Position numbers and translations under genes: made by a program
The notes under the pieces: model-generated
Databases searched by the model: none
What the model was told of the DNA's origin: nothing
Seen by the model: only the letters and a program-made list of their open reading frames with translations
From: an uncultured Candidatus Saccharibacteria bacterium
GTDB lineage: Bacteria > Patescibacteriota > Saccharimonadia > Saccharimonadales > UBA4665
Direction of reading: 5' to 3'
Assembly (NCBI GenBank): GCA_963707285.1
Contig: CAVPPA010000005.1
Location: 66,180-130,179, forward strand
DNA: 64,000 bases
Shown: positions 56,805 to 63,184 of the stretch, piece after piece
How the letters are laid out: each line of letters opens with the position of its first letter
Numbering within the stretch: position 1 is the first letter of the stretch

Positions 56805-56886
56805 AATAATATAATTACTTTACTGGAGCATTGCTTTTTAACAGATAGCTTGGTATGATGACCTCTGTTACTTGGCTAGTTTTTAG

Positions 56887-56963
56887 GGGCTCGTAGTGAA
56901 GAGGCCTATCACGTCTCCCTGTCACGGAGAAGATCGCCGGTTCGAATCCGGTCGGGCCCGCCA
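56887..56963 (+). tRNA. tRNA-Asp (anticodon GUC), CCA encoded
   Basis: Manual fold: acceptor GGGCTCG/CGGGCCC, D arm GTGA-AGAGGCCTA-TCAC, anticodon arm TCTCC-CTGTCAC-GGAGA, T arm GCCGG-TTCGAAT-CCGGT and discriminator G plus CCA. Confidence 0.9.
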
Positions 56964-57015
56964 AGCATAAGAATTTTCAATCTATTCTTCGAGTTGATTT
57001 TGATAAGATAATCCC

Positions 57016-57273
57016 ATGCATATTAATGACTGGCGAGACATTGTACTTGCCATAAGCTTCGCAGTCTTTAATATCGCACTTATTCCATCAATTATTAGTA
57101 AACATAAGCCTGCTTTAGGTACGAGCTTAGTTACAGCTACATTCCTAATACCTGGGCTGGTAGTCTACATTAGCCTCTCTCTATGGTATTCCGCTATTAT
57201 GACGGCGATAAACATTAGTCTTTGGACAACCTTATCTATTCAACGCTACCTACAATCCAAGAATGAGGGCTAA
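57016..57273 (+). CDS. small 3-TM membrane protein (PQ-loop/SemiSWEET-like, tentative)
   Basis: 85 aa. The segment SKHKPALGTSLVTATFL resembles SKSAIGNSLVTWSFFAL of the 61371 gene. Confidence 0.45.
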   Translation: MHINDWRDIVLAISFAVFNIALIPSIISKHKPALGTSLVTATFLIPGLVVYISLSLWYSAIMTAINISLWTTLSIQRYLQSKNEG

Positions 57274-57286
57274 TGCTCTGTAATAA

Positions 57287-57320
57287 AATAATTCCACACC
57301 TGTTCAGCTAAGGTCCGCCA
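57287..57320 (+). repeat. island upstream element, motif A copy 1
   Basis: AATAATTCCACACCTGTTCAGCTAAGGTCCGCCA ends 1 nt upstream of the -35 TTGACT. Confidence 0.85.
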
Positions 57321-57321
57321 T

Positions 57322-57350
57322 TTGACTAAATACTACTTTTATGGTAGTAT
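57322..57350 (+). promoter_or_regulatory. sigma70-type promoter of the 57370 gene
   Basis: TTGACT, 17-nt spacer, TAGTAT. Confidence 0.55.
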
Positions 57351-57369
57351 TTTTTATTGGAATAATAAA

Positions 57370-58638
57370 ATGAACAATCAAACTAATAATGAAATAAATC
57401 CAGCCTTGCCTGAGTTGTTTAACTCAAGTGAGTTTCTGAATGACCAGCAATTGAGCACCCTAATTGGCGGTATTGGTAACAACGAAGGGAAAGCCCTTTT
57501 GTTAGTGGCTATGGCAACCGGGGGTAGCGCGTATACATCACGTCCCTTGCATGGGCTGATAACTGGTCTTCCAGGTATGGATAGCGTAGAGGCCGGAAGC
57601 ATCTATACACAAAAAGGTTGGTGTCAGTCATCCATAGGGCCAGCTGGCTTAGTTGAGAACCACGGTTCAGATGGGACTCAAGTAACATCGCTGGGGTTAA
57701 GGCTTGGGGTTCCCCTTGCTGGGTTATTGCTTAATCATGCCGATAAATATGACGTACCGCTCGTAGAGTTATTCGGCGAAACTCGTTCAAGTTCAGAAGT
57801 GCCCTCTCAATTTATAAGACTTAGGATAATGGAAGAGCTCCTGACACATCCAGGGGGGATGCAATTAGGTGATTTAGTTACCTCAACCTATGCATCAAAT
57901 CAAGTTGTAATTGAAAAACAATTAAGGAAGTTAGCAAATGCGGACTTGATTACCTACGATGACTGGGATAGTGCAACATGCCAGATCAGATACGAGGTTC
58001 CATCAGAAAGTCGAAGTAGTTTAGCGGACAAGGCAGGTTTTACCGGGACAATCGCTGAATATCTATTGCAAGCGTCTGAGACGTCTCACGATCAAGTTGT
58101 TAACTATTGCATACAGACAGTGCCAGGATTTAACCAACTTGACCCTAGAGCTCAAAGTGCCAAGGTTTCGGTGGTCATGTTTAATTTAAAGCGTCAGGGA
58201 TTAGTGCAAAAACTTGAGGGCAAAGAACGACCTTTTGAACTTGATGTCTCGTTAACCCCCGAACAATTAGAACAGTGGACCGATTTATGCAATAAACTGG
58301 AGTCTTTCAAGAATCAGGAGCCAGAAGTTTTAGCTAAATGGACTAAGGTAGCTTTTGATTTTATTACCGATCCTGCTAAAGTTAGGCGCGCCTATGAACG
58401 CTTTCGTGACAGCTCTGCTAGGGCGAATCATATTGAAAAAAACTTAGGTAGTATTGTTCTAAATGCTTTACAAGATAGTGGTGGCTCTGCTTCAGTTCGT
58501 GAAGTAGTGAAACTAGCCTCAGACAGACGTGGTAATTCTGTATCGCACTTTGGGGTCGTGAGGGTATTAAACCATCTAGCCGCCGAAGGATTGGTAAACA
58601 GACACCAAGATAAGGTGGTGATGTTTAGCAAGCGCTAA
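57370..58638 (+). CDS. hypothetical protein with at least two winged-helix-like segments
   Basis: About 423 aa from ATG 57370; the longer TTG-started ORF from 57322 would overlap its own promoter. wHTH-like stretches IRLRIMEELLTHPGGMQLGDLV...LRKLANADLITY and VLNALQDSGGSASVREVV...VLNHLAAEGLVNRH. Confidence 0.45.
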   Translation: MNNQTNNEINPALPELFNSSEFLNDQQLSTLIGGIGNNEGKALLLVAMATGGSAYTSRPLHGLITGLPGMDSVEAGSIYTQKGWCQSSIGPAGLVENHGSDGTQVTSLGLRLGVPLAGLLLNHADKYDVPLVELFGETRSSSEVPSQFIRLRIMEELLTHPGGMQLGDLVTSTYASNQVVIEKQLRKLANADLITYDDWDSATCQIRYEVPSESRSSLADKAGFTGTIAEYLLQASETSHDQVVNYCIQTVPGFNQLDPRAQSAKVSVVMFNLKRQGLVQKLEGKERPFELDVSLTPEQLEQWTDLCNKLESFKNQEPEVLAKWTKVAFDFITDPAKVRRAYERFRDSSARANHIEKNLGSIVLNALQDSGGSASVREVVKLASDRRGNSVSHFGVVRVLNHLAAEGLVNRHQDKVVMFSKR

Positions 58639-58686
58639 ATGGCTTCGGTCTCTGGTAAAAAGACTCTTCTAAAGCTTCCTTTAAAA

Positions 58687-58720
58687 AATAATTCCACACC
58701 TGTTCCGCTAAGGTCCGCCA
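58687..58720 (+). repeat. island upstream element, motif A copy 2
   Basis: AATAATTCCACACCTGTTCCGCTAAGGTCCGCCA is 33/34 identical to copy 1 and ends 3 nt upstream of the -35 TTGACA. Confidence 0.85.
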
Positions 58721-58723
58721 TAA

Positions 58724-58752
58724 TTGACATATAGTTGCTAATATGCTATTGT
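58724..58752 (+). promoter_or_regulatory. sigma70-type promoter of the 58760 gene (leaderless)
   Basis: TTGACA, 17-nt spacer, TATTGT. The ATG is 7 nt downstream. Confidence 0.5.
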
Positions 58753-58759
58753 TTAAGAT

Positions 58760-59143
58760 ATGACTACAATAGATTCACAAGCTTTTAATGCACCTGAATT
58801 ACCGTCTGATTTCGATTTGAGTCGTCGTAAGGAAATTGCTCAGGTTCTAGGCATAACACTATTCGAACCTACTAACCTATATGATCACTATCTTATAATT
58901 ACGCCTAATGGTAACCAGCATCTTGAATCTGGGACAACCCTCCAGTCTCTTAGAGAAGAAGGTTTGTCGGATGAAGCTATTGGCGAAAGATTAGAGCAAG
59001 TACTTACCGAACGTAGGGCAAGACTGAGCAATGATTTATTGAAAGCAATTCTGATGTATGATGATGCCAGAGACCCTGATTATTACTTAAATGATCTTCT
59101 TCCCGAACCACCGTTCGGACTTATAGATGGGGTTGATTACTAG
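58760..59143 (+). CDS. hypothetical protein
   Basis: 127-aa acidic soluble ORF with its own promoter. No recognised domain. Confidence 0.45.
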   Translation: MTTIDSQAFNAPELPSDFDLSRRKEIAQVLGITLFEPTNLYDHYLIITPNGNQHLESGTTLQSLREEGLSDEAIGERLEQVLTERRARLSNDLLKAILMYDDARDPDYYLNDLLPEPPFGLIDGVDY

Positions 59144-59174
59144 ATAAACTAAGGATCTATCCTATTATTTAGTT

Positions 59175-59208
59175 ACAATTCTAAAATCCAACTCTAGATC
59201 CCGCCAAT
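59175..59208 (+). repeat. island upstream element, motif B copy 1
   Basis: ACAATTCTAAAATCCAACTCTAGATCCCGCCAAT shares the 18-mer TTCTAAAATCCAACTCTA with 60568-60585. Confidence 0.8.
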
Positions 59209-59230
59209 TAGATACCTTTAAACGATTAAT

Positions 59231-59258
59231 TTGACTGTTGTAACCTTACTAATATAAT
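59231..59258 (+). promoter_or_regulatory. sigma70-type promoter of the 59300 gene
   Basis: TTGACT, 16-nt spacer, TATAAT. Confidence 0.55.
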
Positions 59259-59299
59259 CATAAACAATATTACATATTTCATTGAAAGGTAACACGAAC

Positions 59300-59830
59300 A
59301 TGCGATTTAAGAATAATGGATCAAACAAGGGTGGTTTTATAGACCATACCGCTTTAGTGATTATTGTAGTAGGGGTAGCAATATTAGGTAGTTTCTATTT
59401 GGTTGCAACTCATGCCGCCACTAAAACAGCCGTAATTTTTAGTAACTACCAAACTGCAGTTGATCACAGTTCGAGCACGACCGTAACTTCAAGCTCTGTT
59501 TCAACATTAGATAGTAATCAAAACGTCGTTAGTTTATCTGAAAATCAAAAAGCAGATTTTACCCCATTAAAGGGTGGCGGTGGCTGGTATGACATATCTA
59601 CATGTTACTTCCTAGCGGCACCTGATGGTAATGTTACGGCTCTAATCGGTAACGAATCTGCAACCCTTCAAGTACATGTTGCCCAAAGCCTTAGTTATTA
59701 TGCGAAATATTGTCTTAATGCTCCTAGTTCATCTGGTAGCTATACTAACGATACAGTTGAAAATCTTTCAAGTACTCCCCTATACATCTATCAAGCCGAG
59801 CTGAACTCAGCTTGCAAAACGATGTGTTAA
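59300..59830 (+). CDS. hypothetical secreted/membrane-anchored Cys-containing protein
   Basis: ATG 59300 follows AAAGG. N-terminal TM (ALVIIVVGVAILGSFYLVA), an S/T-rich linker and a C-terminal domain with four Cys. Confidence 0.45.
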   Translation: MRFKNNGSNKGGFIDHTALVIIVVGVAILGSFYLVATHAATKTAVIFSNYQTAVDHSSSTTVTSSSVSTLDSNQNVVSLSENQKADFTPLKGGGGWYDISTCYFLAAPDGNVTALIGNESATLQVHVAQSLSYYAKYCLNAPSSSGSYTNDTVENLSSTPLYIYQAELNSACKTMC

Positions 59831-59863
59831 AAAAGATATCAAAATCTACACACTAGTTAATAT

Positions 59864-59897
59864 AATAATTCCACACCCGTTCAGCTAAGGTCCGCCA
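59864..59897 (+). repeat. island upstream element, motif A copy 3
   Basis: AATAATTCCACACCCGTTCAGCTAAGGTCCGCCA is 33/34 identical to copy 1. A partial CCACACCC recurs at 59921-59928. Confidence 0.85.
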
Positions 59898-59978
59898 ATA
59901 ATCCGCAATTTGTTATTTTGCCACACCCAAACCGGATGTTAGAACTATTTTTGTAGACTAGTCTGTTACCGCTCATGC

Positions 59979-60007
59979 TTGCTATGATGGTACTTCAGAC
60001 CTAGAAT
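59979..60007 (+). promoter_or_regulatory. sigma70-type promoter of the 60015 gene (leaderless)
   Basis: TTGCTA, 17-nt spacer, TAGAAT. The ATG is 7 nt downstream. Confidence 0.5.
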
Positions 60008-60014
60008 TGTTTAA

Positions 60015-60548
60015 ATGGAAAAATTACCCTCCGCAGTTACTAAGCTTGAAAAAGCAGGCATACTAGATATGGTATATGCAAGAATTGCGATCAGAAAAAT
60101 AAGAAATGCCGTAATGGACATTGAAGTTCCCAGATTAATTGATAATTTGGATTTCTGTGTAAGACAATCAAGAGATGTAAGTGCTGTCCTCGAAGAGTAT
60201 CGTAAACGATATGGTTATAGTCCTCACTTAATACCCAGAACTAATGTTAGTCTTTGGAAATCTTCAGATGAAGTGGGTTTATTTTATGGGAGCTCAAACG
60301 GATTAGAATATAGATCTCATAGATTCAGATTTAATTTTAATAGTGGGGGTGGAGTTCAGTATCATAGAGAAGCATATAATGTTGATTTTCAAGCTATGGG
60401 GTCTCAGCCTGTTAATTTAGCTTCTTTAAAAGAAATAGCTAGTCATTCGCAAGCAATAATTGAATTACGTTGGTTGGCATCTCAGATTGCTGGCAAACCG
60501 CCTAATAGTTGGCGTGACGGACCCCCTATTTCCACAGTGGCTTGTTAG
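60015..60548 (+). CDS. hypothetical protein
   Basis: 177-aa soluble ORF with no recognised domain. Confidence 0.45.
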   Translation: MEKLPSAVTKLEKAGILDMVYARIAIRKIRNAVMDIEVPRLIDNLDFCVRQSRDVSAVLEEYRKRYGYSPHLIPRTNVSLWKSSDEVGLFYGSSNGLEYRSHRFRFNFNSGGGVQYHREAYNVDFQAMGSQPVNLASLKEIASHSQAIIELRWLASQIAGKPPNSWRDGPPISTVAC

Positions 60549-60562
60549 AAGATACTTATCGT

Positions 60563-60591
60563 AATTGTTCTAAAATCCAACTCTAAACCCC
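60563..60591 (+). repeat. island upstream element, motif B copy 2
   Basis: AATTGTTCTAAAATCCAACTCTAAACCCC. Confidence 0.8.
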
Positions 60592-60606
60592 ATAAATGAT
60601 GCTTTA

Positions 60607-60635
60607 TTGACTAATAATCAATCTTATGATATTAT
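60607..60635 (+). promoter_or_regulatory. sigma70-type promoter of the 60692 gene
   Basis: TTGACT, 17-nt spacer, TATTAT, with TGA immediately upstream of the -10. Confidence 0.55.
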
Positions 60636-60691
60636 GTATTTAAGATATATTATCTTCTTTAATAATAAAAAGCTAGGATAGAAAGCACAAA

Positions 60692-61216
60692 ATGTCAGAT
60701 TCAGAAACATCGCCACTACAGACTGCTCCTCTAGAGCAAATTACAACCGAACAGGCAACAGAGGCAGGTCGAAATTTTGAAGAACTTTTGGGTAAAAATC
60801 CAAACATAACAGATGTTGTTGTTCTGGTAGGCATACGTGGTCGTAAGAAGCTTGTTCAACAGGAAACGGTTGAGTTTGTGGCAGGTAATTCAAAACTTGT
60901 AGTTGCCCGAAATAGCAATAGTCCAAGAGTAGGAGCCGCACTTTTAAAGAAGGTCACGCAAAGCGAAAGCAACAGTGGCTGGGAAATCTCAGATCAATTC
61001 TTGTTTGATACAACCCAGGGAAGCGTTCTTCGTCTGGGTAGGGATGAATCCGATAAACCCCTTAAATTAGGTGCATTTACACCATTTAACGAAACAGGAA
61101 AAGGTACGCTAGAGACGTTTTTAAGTTCTACGAAAAGTGTCATTGAGGCTAGTAAACGCCCGGGCGCAAGGATTCGAAGCGTAGCTCAAAAAGCTGGTCG
61201 TCTGGTCAGCCATTAA
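60692..61216 (+). CDS. hypothetical protein
   Basis: 174-aa soluble ORF with no recognised domain. Confidence 0.45.
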   Translation: MSDSETSPLQTAPLEQITTEQATEAGRNFEELLGKNPNITDVVVLVGIRGRKKLVQQETVEFVAGNSKLVVARNSNSPRVGAALLKKVTQSESNSGWEISDQFLFDTTQGSVLRLGRDESDKPLKLGAFTPFNETGKGTLETFLSSTKSVIEASKRPGARIRSVAQKAGRLVSH

Positions 61217-61294
61217 AATTCTTGGATTATAATTAATTATTTTATTGTTCACTGCTCTATAATCTATCTTAACTTGATTTAAAAGTTACTAGGT

Positions 61295-61328
61295 ATTAGG
61301 TCCACATCACCAAAGCTAACATCCGCCA
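61295..61328 (+). repeat. island upstream element, degenerate motif A copy 4
   Basis: ATTAGGTCCACATCACCAAAGCTAACATCCGCCA shares about 22/34 positions with motif A, including TCCACA, AGCTAA and TCCGCCA. Confidence 0.55.
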
Positions 61329-61370
61329 ATAAGCTTATGTTTGTAGTTAATCTCTGTTAGTATTTGTGTC

Positions 61371-61673
61371 ATGAGTCGCACATCCTTGTTGCACTTGAGA
61401 AGTAAAGGCAAGCTTGAGAATTACATCTTATATAAAGTCATTTTAGTTATTGCTTTTATCGAACCACTTACGACATCGGGACAAATATATCAAATCTGGA
61501 AGTCGAAAAGTGCCATAGGTAATTCTCTTGTTACATGGTCATTTTTTGCTTTATCTAGCATCATTTGGCTTTCCTATGGCATTAAAATAAAAAGTAAGCC
61601 ACTCATAATTAGCAGTTTATTATGGGCTATAACCGAATCAATAATTATTATCCAAATAATTTATTATTCGTAA
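61371..61673 (+). CDS. SemiSWEET/PQ-loop-like 3-TM membrane protein
   Basis: 100 aa. SGQIYQIWKSKSAIGNSLVTWSFFALSSIIWLSYGI resembles the MtN3/PQ-loop signature. TGTTAGTAT lies 7 nt upstream of the ATG. Confidence 0.5.
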   Translation: MSRTSLLHLRSKGKLENYILYKVILVIAFIEPLTTSGQIYQIWKSKSAIGNSLVTWSFFALSSIIWLSYGIKIKSKPLIISSLLWAITESIIIIQIIYYS

Positions 61674-61776
61674 CACTTACTCTAAAAGCTAACTACAGAT
61701 AAAGTCAATTTGACTTAAAAGATACTATATGTAATTTTAAAGTGTAGTTAAAAATTAAATAAATAATTTACAAGAT

Positions 61777-62727
61777 ATGAAGAATAATTACGGATATATT
61801 CAAGAATCTAGAGAACCGCGCAACTCACCTACCTTTTCGGTTACACTTATTACTGAAGGACTTGCGTTTGGCGAAGGCAATATAACTAGTAGTGTAGAAA
61901 ATCCACAAATACTAAATGATATGGATGAAACTATCCGTAATTCATCTGACATTCTAGTTCAAATTGAGATAGATGATGATGGATGTGGTGACGGGAGAGA
62001 GGTAGTCCGGGTCTACGATCTTAATAGTGAATATAAGCGCAGCCTAAATCGTGCCAAAGTCTTTGGCGGGGCTGTAGCTATGACAGCTGCTATACTGATT
62101 GGTTTAGGAAAAGCCCACGACAAGTCCTTACAAGGAGTTTATATTGACTCAGTAAATACATTAGTCCGCAATGGAATTAACTTTGGCGCTCATACAGATG
62201 AACATGCCCATGGCAATAATTGTGGTTGCGGTGCTATAGACCGATCTCCTGAGGCCTTGGTAGCGATTCTAAAATATGAAGAACGTATCAGAGGAGTTAT
62301 ATCTGAACTAGGGGTTAATTTAAATGGTCTAGACCAAGTTTTTATTAATTTTCGAGACTTTGTAAGAAATGAAATGGCTCAGCCCCAAAAATTTAGCGGT
62401 GGAGAAGTTATTGATCATATACTGTCTGTTGGTAAAGTTGTAAAAAAACTTGGTGGTGAGCATCAAGAGAGGCGAATAATACTGAATCAAGTTAGGCGTA
62501 ATACAATAAATCAAAAATTAATTCGCGATGTTACTCATGGAAGGGGACAGGTATTTGGCATAGACGAGTGGCGACTAGAAGATATTGCTTCAAGTCTGTT
62601 TCCCGAGCAGGACAAATTGCAAAATCAAGCTTTAATTAGTGAATTAGTGTATACATTAGGAATTGCTGCAGTTCTCACTAAAGGTGATTTACCAGTTTAT
62701 ATGATTCAAAGTCTGAATCCTAATTAA
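61777..62727 (+). CDS. hypothetical protein with Cys/His/Asp metal-site-like clusters
   Basis: 316 aa with DDDGCGDGRE (CxDxR) at residues 67-75 and GAHTDEHAHGNNCGCGAID at residues 137-155. I cannot assign a family. Confidence 0.45.
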   Translation: MKNNYGYIQESREPRNSPTFSVTLITEGLAFGEGNITSSVENPQILNDMDETIRNSSDILVQIEIDDDGCGDGREVVRVYDLNSEYKRSLNRAKVFGGAVAMTAAILIGLGKAHDKSLQGVYIDSVNTLVRNGINFGAHTDEHAHGNNCGCGAIDRSPEALVAILKYEERIRGVISELGVNLNGLDQVFINFRDFVRNEMAQPQKFSGGEVIDHILSVGKVVKKLGGEHQERRIILNQVRRNTINQKLIRDVTHGRGQVFGIDEWRLEDIASSLFPEQDKLQNQALISELVYTLGIAAVLTKGDLPVYMIQSLNPN

Positions 62728-62873
62728 TGAAGAAGATATTTTCTATTCAATTAATTTCAGAATATCGGTTAATAATCACCAGGTATTAGACATAAAAGAG
62801 CGGTCTATTGAGTATTTCTGTTATTGTAAGGGTATGTGAAAGTGCTTTAATGGGCTTTATGAGAGGAGCATAT

Positions 62874-63092
62874 ATGGCAAAAGTTGAATCAAATAGTCGA
62901 ATTTATAAAACAAAGTACGTTACAAAAAATGGCGGCGCCGGAGGATTATGGTTATTAGGATTTATTGGCACCTTTATTTATTATATACAAGTTCATTCCG
63001 GCACTTTTTGGTTGGTAGTCCTGGCCTTTTTAAAAGCAATTATCTGGCCGGCAATTATGGTATATCATCTTTTCCTTTTCCTAAAAGTTTAA
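62874..63092 (+). CDS. small 2-TM membrane protein
   Basis: ATG 62874 follows a GAGGAG Shine-Dalgarno at 5-nt spacing; the ORF is open from 62808. Hydrophobic helices GGLWLLGFIGTFIYYI and FWLVVLAFLKAIIWPAIMVY. Confidence 0.45.
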   Translation: MAKVESNSRIYKTKYVTKNGGAGGLWLLGFIGTFIYYIQVHSGTFWLVVLAFLKAIIWPAIMVYHLFLFLKV

Positions 63093-63184
63093 CGTTTTAA
63101 AGAGTTTCTAGTCTATAGTTACCAAATAATTTTGTCAAAAATTACGCTTGAAAAACCTCGATTAAATAATGCTATGCTAGACGC

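Noticed and set aside
57287-59897. Whether the 34-nt repeats could form a CRISPR array or a MITE.
   Set aside because: The repeats are 1.2-1.4 kb apart with protein-coding genes between them. They lack terminal inverted repeats and target-site duplications, and no cas or transposase genes are present.
56887-63184. Whether this is an integrative island inserted at tRNA-Asp, with the CCGCCA tails of the motifs being att remnants of the tRNA 3' end (GCCCGCCA).
   Set aside because: The shared string is only 6-7 nt. I found no longer direct repeat of the tRNA 3' half downstream, and no integrase lies within or next to the block. The tRNA-proximal location is noted, but an integration mechanism is unsupported.
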